Below are positions 19,346 through 28,128 of a stretch of 64,000 nt of DNA, in pieces. Under the pieces are notes generated by a model, which was given only the letters and a program-made list of their open reading frames with translations, ran no database searches and had not been told where the DNA came from. The stretch is taken from positions 17,895-81,894 of the forward strand of contig JBHLPR010000003.1 in NCBI GenBank assembly GCA_048939245.1, written 5' to 3'. The position numbers were made by a program, and so were the translations under genes. The DNA comes from Promethearchaeota archaeon (GTDB lineage Archaea > Asgardarchaeota > Hermodarchaeia > Hermodarchaeales > Hermodarchaeaceae). Positions within the stretch are counted from its first letter, which is position 1. Each line of letters opens with the position of its first letter.

Positions 19346-20167
19346 TTATTTCTTCCATTTAAAAAAGATAACAATAGCTACAACAATGACACCTATTCCA
19401 ATCCCGATTACAATAAGTTCAATAGTTAGTCCAGATTGAGTAACATCAACACTATCACTAACGACTATATTGTCAATCGAGGAGTTCCCTTGAAATGACA
19501 CAAAATTGAATTTCTCACAAGAGGTGACATCATTATCTATCACATTGAGTACTAGTTGTGTATCAAAATACACATTAAACTCTCCTTCCAAAGAGCGTGT
19601 TATATCTATATGATGTTGGCCAATTAAATCAGAAGGAAAATCATGTCTAACAAGGATAACGCCGTGTGTTACAGCGAACTTCTCAATGTACATCTCATCA
19701 TTCATAACTGTGTCCAAAATAAGAGTATATCCTGTCATTGCATATGATGTGAATTCTCCTGTTAGATTGTATTCATTTCGCAAGTCAGTAAACATGAACT
19801 CCACTCCATCATAACCATTCTGACTTCCACTAACACGCCAATCAAAACTCCAAGTACCATATGCCACGGTACTATTATGAATCGCTCTTCTCACTTGGGA
19901 CATGTAGATTGACCATGGAACATACACGTCCTCTGCAGTCAACTCTCCATTCACAATGGTGAAACCATGATCCACTTGGTAGAACGTAGAATCAATCATT
20001 TCATATCCTTGAAGGACCCAATCGTCCAACTCTTCAACAGGAGAAACCGCGAAGTCTTCACTCCACACAATTGCAGCAGATACTTGCATTTGATTTAAAG
20101 GAATTGCGATTAAGATTGTAACTGTAATCACAGATATTATTCTAAGCAACTGGAATAGTGTAGACAT
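19346..20167 (-). CDS. Tandem paralog of 18470-19306
   Basis: Shared LDDWxLQGYE, VDHGFTI, RRAIHNS, FVSFQGNSSIDNIVVSDS. Confidence 0.8.
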   Translation of the reverse strand: MSTLFQLLRIISVITVTILIAIPLNQMQVSAAIVWSEDFAVSPVEELDDWVLQGYEMIDSTFYQVDHGFTIVNGELTAEDVYVPWSIYMSQVRRAIHNSTVAYGTWSFDWRVSGSQNGYDGVEFMFTDLRNEYNLTGEFTSYAMTGYTLILDTVMNDEMYIEKFAVTHGVILVRHDFPSDLIGQHHIDITRSLEGEFNVYFDTQLVLNVIDNDVTSCEKFNFVSFQGNSSIDNIVVSDSVDVTQSGLTIELIVIGIGIGVIVVAIVIFFKWKK

Positions 20168-20320
20168 GAATCCACCTCCCTCTATCTTCTATTTAAAAGG
20201 AACTTCAACCCTTCGCAATGCCTTAGTGAATAAATCTGGATCTTGTCTCACGAGAGACATGTTACGTTGCCTGTAATGATACGGCTTGAAGGTTCACTAG
20301 TAGGTTATTACGAGAAGATA

Positions 20321-20359
20321 GCATAATGAGAGGTTGTTTGAACAACAGGCTAAGAAATT
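20321..20359. repeat. Third copy of the ~39-bp motif with GTTGTT-TG-AACAAC palindrome
   Basis: gcataatgagaggttgtttgaacaacaggctaagaaatt; also at 17565-17603 and, more diverged, 23720-23758. Confidence 0.9.
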
Positions 20360-20409
20360 ATACAAATACAACTCGTAAACGAAAAGATTGGTACGCCTAG
20401 ATAGACGCT

Positions 20410-20583
20410 ATGGAAGTAATCGAAACCAATAAGGATGGTAGAATCGTCGATGAACTAATTTATGGACTGCAGAGCAATGATGAGGACACTAAATCATGTA
20501 TTCCAACCTTACTAGCAAGTCAAGGCGATCAGTGACCAATCCAAATCATTGGCCATCTGCTTGAGAACTTCCTGCTTCCTTAA
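20410..20583 (+). pseudogene. HEAT/PBS-lyase repeat gene remnant
   Basis: IVDELIYGLQSNDEDTKSCIPTLLASQGDQ*PIQIIGHLL fits the HEAT consensus; in-frame TGA at 20533. Confidence 0.5.
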
Positions 20584-20661
20584 AGGGAAGGTGCTCAAAT
20601 AAATACCAAGTTGAATGGAAAAGCGTAAATCCGAACACGCTGGTTCAGATTTAGGCTCAAT

Positions 20662-22986
20662 TTGACTAGTCAGAAGCAGGATTCATTACTTGCTAGGCTG
20701 CTCAATTATATCTTAGTGAATTTTTATTCCGAACGTGAGGAATTTTTGAGCAATGTGATAAGTATGATTCTGCCTGTGAGTCGTAGGCGTGTATGGACTA
20801 CAGCACTACTACTTTTTTTTCTATTCCCAGTGCCAGCTTATGTAAGACATCAATGGACATACAATTCTTCTTCCGGTCTAAGTAATAATCTCACAGTACC
20901 AATAATACCTAATCTTCTTAATTATGAAATCAACATAGTCTTCCTAGGCATCAATGAAACAAGAATAGATCAAGATTCGTTGTTGGACCAGCTACCAAAA
21001 TGGTATGCCCCGGTCGATGGCATGTGGTGGCGCCAGGAGTTTGACATGAACTTCACTCTAGCATACAGCCTTAGCTTTACCGAACAAGTTCAAATAGATG
21101 ATTATCGAATGTTCTTGCACCAGAACTCTGTAGAGGATAGGTCACCGTTCTTCATACAGCCTGAACATCCAATGGCTAAATACATTCACTCGGATATGGT
21201 TGAGTCATACTTAGCTGAGAACGTGATCGACAAATCGTCAGCAACTCTTGTAATCATTGATACCTACTCCTTTGATCCGACTGGACATGTTCCCTATTAC
21301 TACAATGCGACCTATAACGAACTGGATGCAGAACTTGAGGGATGGGTCATCAACCCACTTCCTTGGGCTTCAACTTACCAGATAGCTGGAGGTGGTGAGA
21401 ACTCAAGACTACTCTGGCTAGATCTTTCAGCAGGTCCGACTGTCTATCATTCGACCTTCGATTCGAGTACGGGAGGTGTAGAAGAGATCTTGCCCATCTG
21501 GACCTACGAAGAACTAGTAAATCCTGTGGAACAACTAACAGAAGATCTTGTAAAATACATTACTCAAGCAGTCGAATGCCGGTTCTCGCCATCAACTTAC
21601 CTTCGAGCCACTATTGGGGTGCCTCTAATCCATTCACCCACCACTGAAATTGCAATGGAAGTTCTTCTTGTAGATCTGGCCAATACTAATTTCAGATTTG
21701 AGGAAAGACTCAAGCTCGACTATATAGCATCCGAGTACGAAAGAGTGAATCCTTTCGTGGAATGGACATATAGTGTAACGGATTGGGATTGGGAATCAGA
21801 TCTGAGTTTTCTCTCAGTCCTTGAAGCTTCGCAAGATGATCAAGCGATGACCTATGACCCGAGGATTCTAGTGGAGTTTTTTGACCTAAAATACATGAGC
21901 CTCTTCAATTCGAGTTCGCATAATAGATTAGTATTACCAATCTTCTTGTTGACACTTCCTGTAGGTTGGAACTTCAATCCTGAGTGGGGTGGAATGGCTC
22001 AATGTATCGATGGCGAGTTTGCCTACATTTATGGGAAGCAAAGTCTGGACTTAGTTGATCCTAGCTACATCGATCAGGCGATCATCCCGCTTGAAGGTTT
22101 GCAGATTGAGAGTGGAGACTCCTTCAATATTTCGGGATACTTGGGGGATTTTATTGGTTCTATCGATTTTTCGATGAATGTTCTTAACAGCAGGATTAGT
22201 GTCTATTTTCTAGATGAATATGGTTACAATCAATATGAGCAGGCTTTACCATTTGTGGATCTTTTAAATCACTCATTTGAGAATGTCTCTGCCGGGTCGG
22301 GCATGGTGGTTTCGAACTTCGAATGCACGATTTATGGAAGATATTATCTGGTGATCGAGAATAACGAAAACGAGACAGCAACCGTTGATATCACATTGAA
22401 TATAGAGGTAGACCATTGCTATGGGTACACTTGGAAAATCATGCATGAGATTGGACATGCTTTGGGGTTAAACCATCCCCATGATGCATACTCTTGGGGT
22501 AACTATAACCACCCGGCTGCAAATGTAGGGGTTTACCTAAATTGGCTTTGGGATATGTCGTATTCTCAGATGAATTACGCGAACCAGGTTCCAACGATTT
22601 CCTTGATGGATATTGACACGCTTCAAAGAGAGTCCATAACAAGATATTGGGCAGATGCTGTGAACATCTGGAATGATATTGTTAATAATTCTACAATCAA
22701 ATATGGTGGAGTTTCATCCATCATAGAAATGCATCTAGTAAACGCTTCCCAGCATTTCAATCAGAGCGTGGACTATTACTCAAATACTAACAGTCTAGAC
22801 AATTACCAAAATTCATTACATGAGGTTTTTAGCATGTGGAAGGAGCTTAGGTTGGCCTTAGCTGAACTAGCCTTCTATTCCCTGTTAGAGATTCAAAACA
22901 TTCTGTTTATTGTTTTTGTGGTGGCTGTCATCATCTTAATTGTTGTGATCTATGTAGTAATGCGAAGAAGGAGAATGAGGGAGTAG
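20662..22986 (+). CDS. Membrane-anchored extracellular metzincin metalloprotease (start may be 20764)
   Basis: HEIGHALGLNH zinc motif, SQMNY Met-turn, N-terminal signal, C-terminal TM and RRRR. Confidence 0.85.
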   Translation: MTSQKQDSLLARLLNYILVNFYSEREEFLSNVISMILPVSRRRVWTTALLLFFLFPVPAYVRHQWTYNSSSGLSNNLTVPIIPNLLNYEINIVFLGINETRIDQDSLLDQLPKWYAPVDGMWWRQEFDMNFTLAYSLSFTEQVQIDDYRMFLHQNSVEDRSPFFIQPEHPMAKYIHSDMVESYLAENVIDKSSATLVIIDTYSFDPTGHVPYYYNATYNELDAELEGWVINPLPWASTYQIAGGGENSRLLWLDLSAGPTVYHSTFDSSTGGVEEILPIWTYEELVNPVEQLTEDLVKYITQAVECRFSPSTYLRATIGVPLIHSPTTEIAMEVLLVDLANTNFRFEERLKLDYIASEYERVNPFVEWTYSVTDWDWESDLSFLSVLEASQDDQAMTYDPRILVEFFDLKYMSLFNSSSHNRLVLPIFLLTLPVGWNFNPEWGGMAQCIDGEFAYIYGKQSLDLVDPSYIDQAIIPLEGLQIESGDSFNISGYLGDFIGSIDFSMNVLNSRISVYFLDEYGYNQYEQALPFVDLLNHSFENVSAGSGMVVSNFECTIYGRYYLVIENNENETATVDITLNIEVDHCYGYTWKIMHEIGHALGLNHPHDAYSWGNYNHPAANVGVYLNWLWDMSYSQMNYANQVPTISLMDIDTLQRESITRYWADAVNIWNDIVNNSTIKYGGVSSIIEMHLVNASQHFNQSVDYYSNTNSLDNYQNSLHEVFSMWKELRLALAELAFYSLLEIQNILFIVFVVAVIILIVVIYVVMRRRRMRE

Positions 22987-23069
22987 TTTCTACGTGTTGA
23001 AGATGCAAATTTTGGGTGTAGAAGGAAGTCTTTGAGGAGTTGTGCGTCATTCATCGCACGTTGGAACAT
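22983..23069 (-). pseudogene. Possible N-terminal remnant of a tyrosine recombinase/integrase
   Basis: MNDAQLLKDFLLHPKFASSTRRNY resembles the Xer/Int N-terminal FL..L...S.xT..xY motif; truncated at the protease stop. Confidence 0.4.
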
Positions 23070-23152
23070 ACTCACTGATTGGTTAAAGTTTATCGTCCTG
23101 TCGACTTTTCTACGGTTTATTTCAGATAAGAAACACAACTGCGACTTTGCTC

Positions 23153-23549
23153 CTATCCACCTGATTCGAGTTTTGGTTTTAAGAATCGCTCACAAAGCAT
23201 GGAAGTCAAGGTTCCAAGGAACATGGCTGTGAATACAAATGAGAAACTAGCTAGGAAAAAATAGGGCGTCCAAAATGGACCAAACGACGTCATTAAGAAC
23301 ACCGTAATGAAACTGAATATTAAAGCCACCACAAGTTTCACTCCTCCTCTAACGAGCCCGGGTTTTATACGAGCATCAACGTAACACCAGATTTGCTTTA
23401 CGATAACCCATGGTAGGGCAAATGCAATGGCAAACAATAAATTAGATAAGAATGCAAATACAAGAATTCCACCGAAAATCAGTGGTGAGACGACAAAGCT
23501 AATGAAAAATGGGTTCACTGAAGTCTCTCCGCGACTCATTTTCAGACAT
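23153..23549 (-). pseudogene. Membrane protein with 5' frameshift (paralog of 18024-18452)
   Basis: The ATG frame MSENESRRDFSEPIFH* stops early. The homologous sequence FISFVVSPL...CERFLKPK continues in another frame. Confidence 0.55.
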
Positions 23550-23771
23550 ACTCTATTCCCTCTAATTGGACTAGGTGATTCCAAGACCAAAAATATTACC
23601 AAATGAAAGTCAACACGATTCTTCTATAACCATTTGGGCTTCAAACCAGCGCATTTACAGAAGATGTAAGATCCATTAGCCTTCGAAGCAAAATCGTGGA
23701 TTTTTTTGGTCATAGTATTGCATAATGAGGTATGGTTTAAACAACAGGCTAAGAAATTTTACTGAAGGGCG

Positions 23772-25451
23772 TTACTTAGCTTTTGCTCTCGCAGATTCAA
23801 TACGTTGGTTGAGTCCAGTTGCTAATTTTTCAACTGCCTCATCTGATATCTTCGCAAACAGCACTTTAGGCTTAGATAATTCAGTGCCAGGACTAAGTGC
23901 TTCTAAACAGCTATCCACCTTCACATCATGCACACTTCCGGATTGGCTTAATTGTTTCCAAATTTTTTCTGCGGTGGCTGGTATTGCTGGTTCAATTAGT
24001 ATGGCAATCGCTTTCAGCAGTTGTAAGCATTGATACAAATCGTTTTGACAGCGATCCGCATCCTCTTTGATGGTTTTCCATGGTTCGTTTTGTTGAAAGA
24101 AAGTGTTTCCGAATGAGGCAAGGTGCATAGCAGCGTCAACAGCTTCTTTGAACTTAAAATCTTGAACAGCTTCATCAATCTCCTCTATTGTCTTTTCAAT
24201 TTGCTCAGTAATTAGAGAGGAGATTGCACCTTCAGGGATTTTTTTTAAATTCCTATGAATAAACAGGAGTACGCGGTATGCATAGTTTCCTAAAATTCCA
24301 ACAAGTTCATTGTTCAATTTGGATTGGAATTCATTCCAAACGAAATCTAAATCTCTTGTATGGCCTGTATAGGAGAGGATGTAATAGCGCACAGCATCGA
24401 GATTAATTCCCTGCTTAATGAAATCTTCTTCAATATCAATTACAAAACCGCGGCTCTTTGAAAGGCCGTGGCCTTCAACTTTAACCATGCCACTGGCCAC
24501 AATTGCATATGCTGTGTTATAGTTAACACCTTTTAGAATGGCAGGCCAGAAGACAGCATGATGATAGACGATGTCTGCACCGATGAAGTTAATGATTTTT
24601 CCATCGCGAATCCAATAGTCCTTCCAATCAGCTCCGGTTTGTCGTGCCCACTCTTCTGTAAAGGATATGTAACCTGCATAATTTTCAGCCCATACGTAGA
24701 GGACCAGATCCTCGTCACCTGGATATGGAATTCCCCATTTCAAATCTCGTGAAATACCCCAATCCTTTAGTCCTTGCCGAATCCATCCCAGGGCGTAATT
24801 CCGCGCCAAGGCTGTTCCTTTTAATTGTTCATTAAATTTGATGAGAAAATCAGTAAACATTGGTAATTTAAAGAAGTGGTGTCGGGTTTTTCGCTTAATT
24901 GCCGGTGATCCGCAGGTGACACATCGGGGATTGATCAATTGATCAGCATCGAGATAGCGTTGGCAGCCTTGATCGCATTCATCACCACGCGCTAGAGCTC
25001 CACAATAAGGACAGGTTCCAATAAGAAAGCGGTCTGCAAGAAAGGTCTGGCAATTCTTACAGTAGGGTAATGCTACCTCCCGGGCTTCAACATATCCGTT
25101 CTTCTCAAGAGTGCGGATTATAGTTTGTACGCGTTTGTAATGGTAAGGCGCTTCTGTTGTCCCGTACAAATCAACGCCAATGTCCATTTTTTCAAAGATG
25201 CTTTTAAAATGTTCATGATATTTGTCTACTAGTTCTTTCGGAGTTATTCCTGCTTGTTCAGCAGCCAGTTCGATTGGGGCACCATGGGTGTCGGACCCGC
25301 ATACAAATCTCACATCGTAGCCAAATCGTTTTAGGTACCTTACGTAGGCATCACCAGGAATATAGGTACGCAAGTGACCAATATGGGCCGTTCCATTCGA
25401 ATAGGGAAGCCCACACGTTACTAAGATTTTATCAGTCTTGGTTAGGGACAT
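23772..25451 (-). CDS. metG: Methionyl-tRNA synthetase (no C-terminal tRNA-binding domain)
   Basis: LPYSNG, HIGH, GSDTHG, Zn knuckles, DWGISR, YVW, LSKSRG. Confidence 0.97.
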   Translation of the reverse strand: MSLTKTDKILVTCGLPYSNGTAHIGHLRTYIPGDAYVRYLKRFGYDVRFVCGSDTHGAPIELAAEQAGITPKELVDKYHEHFKSIFEKMDIGVDLYGTTEAPYHYKRVQTIIRTLEKNGYVEAREVALPYCKNCQTFLADRFLIGTCPYCGALARGDECDQGCQRYLDADQLINPRCVTCGSPAIKRKTRHHFFKLPMFTDFLIKFNEQLKGTALARNYALGWIRQGLKDWGISRDLKWGIPYPGDEDLVLYVWAENYAGYISFTEEWARQTGADWKDYWIRDGKIINFIGADIVYHHAVFWPAILKGVNYNTAYAIVASGMVKVEGHGLSKSRGFVIDIEEDFIKQGINLDAVRYYILSYTGHTRDLDFVWNEFQSKLNNELVGILGNYAYRVLLFIHRNLKKIPEGAISSLITEQIEKTIEEIDEAVQDFKFKEAVDAAMHLASFGNTFFQQNEPWKTIKEDADRCQNDLYQCLQLLKAIAILIEPAIPATAEKIWKQLSQSGSVHDVKVDSCLEALSPGTELSKPKVLFAKISDEAVEKLATGLNQRIESARAKAK

Positions 25452-25669
25452 ATGGAATCCCTCCTTAGCATTTTGGTGAGAGCATTCTTTGACCAAATAC
25501 GTGAAGATTGATTGATTTCCAATGCATTTCGTAAGTTTTGAAGTTTTGCATTTATTGATCTTGGCAAGTATTCTATATCACGGATTCAAAGCTTTTTGTT
25601 AGAATTGCTTATAAGGAACATTGACAGGAACTGAATAGTCGATTAATTATCGTCGAGGGATTTCAAAGT

Positions 25670-25918
25670 ATGACCCTTAGAGCAATCATTTTGATAGATG
25701 TTGACCCTCCCCTCACTGATTCTGTATTCGATTCACTCAAAGACTTGGCTGTCGTTAAAGAGATTTCATCAGTGTATGGAATCCATGACATCTTTTGCCT
25801 TATCGAGGTGGCTGACGAAGAAAAATTGAATGATTTCATATTCAAGAGACTCCGTCCAACTGAAGGAGTAAAAGAAACATTAACCCTTATGGTGTCAAAC
25901 AGCATCCGAAAGGACTAA
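25670..25918 (+). CDS. Stand-alone Lrp/AsnC ligand-binding (RAM) domain protein
   Basis: VYGIHDIF...LRPTEGVKETLT. Confidence 0.88.
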   Translation: MTLRAIILIDVDPPLTDSVFDSLKDLAVVKEISSVYGIHDIFCLIEVADEEKLNDFIFKRLRPTEGVKETLTLMVSNSIRKD

Positions 25919-26011
25919 TCTAACAGCTAGTCAGCCTTTGTTTTTTATGATTGCAAAGAATGCGGAATATCAAGGGAAAAGAATGTAGGTTTTTTCTTCA
26001 TAATTGCGGAG

Positions 26012-26019
26012 TTTAAATA
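26012..26019 (+). promoter_or_regulatory. Putative TATA box for the 26041 RNA candidate
   Basis: TTTAAATA starts 29 nt upstream of the first stem base. Confidence 0.4.
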
Positions 26020-26040
26020 ATTTCTACTAGTCTCCCTTCT

Positions 26041-26155
26041 GAAGGAAGCGAAGGGATAAGGATGTAATGTTGTGTCCGCATCGTTCCTCGCCCTCCCCTC
26101 GCTCCCCCTACCTCCCCTACCTTCCCCTCTTTTCAATCGCACCTTCGCTTCCTTC
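26041..26155 (+). ncRNA. Candidate small RNA: 14-bp terminal stem with C/U-rich loop
   Basis: gaaggaagcgaagg (26041-54) is the exact reverse complement of ccttcgcttccttc (26142-55). Confidence 0.5.
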
Positions 26156-26254
26156 TCTAATTTCTTCAAACCATTTTCCCCAGCTTGATTGTCATCTTGA
26201 ATATTCTTTAGACATAAGACTATTAGATATGCTGTAGCACAGTGGGACATTGAG

Positions 26255-26842
26255 GTGCGGTCAATCTCACAAAATCCTGAAAATTCCAACTCCCCGAATG
26301 TGGTAGCTGCAGAGAAAGCAGGCTTCGTTGTGAAAGTAATTATAGTGGGGGATTGGGGTGTGGGAAAAACGAGTCTTATTCGAAGATTTGCTGAAAACAA
26401 GTTCGACCATGACTACAAACCCAGCATCGGCGTTAACATCGTCACCAAAGTTGTCGATGTAGCTGGAAGAAAATTAAAACTGCAACTATTCGATACAGGT
26501 GGACAAGAACGCTTTCAATCCCTTCGACAAAGGTATTACAAAGGGGCAAACGCAGTCATATTCGTCTTTGACATAACAAGGCCTTCATCAGCATCAGCGA
26601 TTGAATCCAAATGGTTAGATGAGGTGAAATCAATTCTCGGTGAAGATTTTGTACGGGTGGTTTTAGCGAATAAAACGGATTTAGAATCTGGCCGAGCCGT
26701 ATCTGAATATGCCGCTCAACAAGCCACTGATCGAATTCAAGGCAAGTATTATGAAACCAGTGCCTTAGATGGCCGGAATGTCACCGAGGCATTTTCTGAA
26801 TTAGCTGCCGAATTAATGGAAAAACTCTTTCCGGAGGTATAA
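26255..26842 (+). CDS. Rab-like small GTPase
   Basis: GDWGVGKT, YKPSIGV, FDTGGQERF, YYKGA, NKTD, ETSA; no C-terminal Cys. Confidence 0.93.
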   Translation: MRSISQNPENSNSPNVVAAEKAGFVVKVIIVGDWGVGKTSLIRRFAENKFDHDYKPSIGVNIVTKVVDVAGRKLKLQLFDTGGQERFQSLRQRYYKGANAVIFVFDITRPSSASAIESKWLDEVKSILGEDFVRVVLANKTDLESGRAVSEYAAQQATDRIQGKYYETSALDGRNVTEAFSELAAELMEKLFPEV

Positions 26843-26846
26843 CTCT

Positions 26847-28070
26847 TTGAAATCCCGAATTTCGGAGATAGGTGAAGAATATATCCAACTAGCCTTTCAA
26901 GTCGATTATTTCCTCAAAAACCAGATTGGAGAGGACACTATAATTGTCGATAGTTATTTTGGTCCACCCGAACTCAAACCCGAAATACACACTGTGGACC
27001 CAGATCTCTTACTAAAATCAATCCATCAGCTCCGCGAAAAAATCAAAAAACGAATAAAAGAACATCCGCAAAGAACCTATCTGATTAAACAATTAGATGC
27101 TCTAGCCCTTCTTGTGAAATATGGTCTTAATGAAAAGGTCACCTTCAGCGAAAGAGTAAAGACGGGATTAGACGTCGATGTCGTCGTTATTTCAAATGAA
27201 CGCATCGATGAGCTAAATGAACAGGCATATCGCGCCCTTCGAAAAGAGGTCCTGAAAGGGGACCTTACTACCATGGCGACCAGCTGGCGAAGACGAGCAA
27301 TGACGACAGGCGCTGAGATTGTTCCTCTTGCACAGGATGTGGCAGCAGAGGCTAGACAAGCCACAGAACAAGTTCTTTTCAAACTACCTAGAGAAGAAGC
27401 GGTCGAGTTTCATGCAGTGCCCACCGCTCCGTGGAGCGCTTATAACTATTATAAGGGAAATTATAAGGCAATTATTGAAATTAATATCGAGTTACCACGG
27501 AGCAAATACACTATTTGGAAATGGGTAACCCACGAAACCTATCCAGGGCATCAAACCCAATTAGTCCAGCGAGAAGCAGGTTTTCATAAAGACTTACATA
27601 ATCTCGAAGCAACGATTGCAATAATTAATACTCCTGAATGCACCATAGCTGAAGGATTAGCTGAAGCTGGCTCAGATCTCCTAAGTACAGCTCGTCCACT
27701 GACAAAACCTGAAACGGTTTCATCCTATCTGTTACAACTTCGACGAGCCGTAGGTATCAATGCATTGGTAATGCTTCAGGAAAAACAAACTAGTGAATCC
27801 GAAGTTGTGGAATACATCAAAGATCTTGGAGCTTATGAAGAAGATTATGCAAAGGCTCGAATACCCTTCATGACGGATCCAATGTGGGCTCCCTATGGAT
27901 ACACCTACCTTATCGGAGCCTGGTTAGTACGTGGTTTCTTCAAAGCTGCGCAAGAAGCTCACCTCATTGATGAATTCATCAAAGCCCTCTATTTGGAAGT
28001 CCACACTCCTTCAACACTCAAATCACGGATTTCCAAACTTGAATTAAAACTACCCAAGCAAATCATCTAA
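26847..28070 (+). CDS. DUF885-like metallopeptidase-fold protein
   Basis: HETYPGH and AEGLAE motifs, YTYLIG. Confidence 0.7.
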   Translation: MKSRISEIGEEYIQLAFQVDYFLKNQIGEDTIIVDSYFGPPELKPEIHTVDPDLLLKSIHQLREKIKKRIKEHPQRTYLIKQLDALALLVKYGLNEKVTFSERVKTGLDVDVVVISNERIDELNEQAYRALRKEVLKGDLTTMATSWRRRAMTTGAEIVPLAQDVAAEARQATEQVLFKLPREEAVEFHAVPTAPWSAYNYYKGNYKAIIEINIELPRSKYTIWKWVTHETYPGHQTQLVQREAGFHKDLHNLEATIAIINTPECTIAEGLAEAGSDLLSTARPLTKPETVSSYLLQLRRAVGINALVMLQEKQTSESEVVEYIKDLGAYEEDYAKARIPFMTDPMWAPYGYTYLIGAWLVRGFFKAAQEAHLIDEFIKALYLEVHTPSTLKSRISKLELKLPKQII

Positions 28071-28128
28071 AACTTCGAAGGGAAGACCCAAATACCAGTT
28101 TAACCGTCATTTCAATTGAAGGATTAAT

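Larger units (their letters stand above)
16679..23760. mobile_element. Decayed genomic island at the metG 3' end
   Basis: Bounded by metG-end direct repeats, with internal repeat copies, pseudogenes, visibly AT-richer cargo and an integrase-like remnant. Confidence 0.6.

Noticed and set aside
20533-20535. In-frame TGA as selenocysteine
   Set aside because: Aligns with an Arg position of a HEAT repeat (CGA>TGA) in a decayed region; no redox motif.
25945-26400. 151-aa minus-strand ORF with RGG-like stretch
   Set aside because: Antisense to the Rab gene; the RGG stretch is just the translation of the G-tract.
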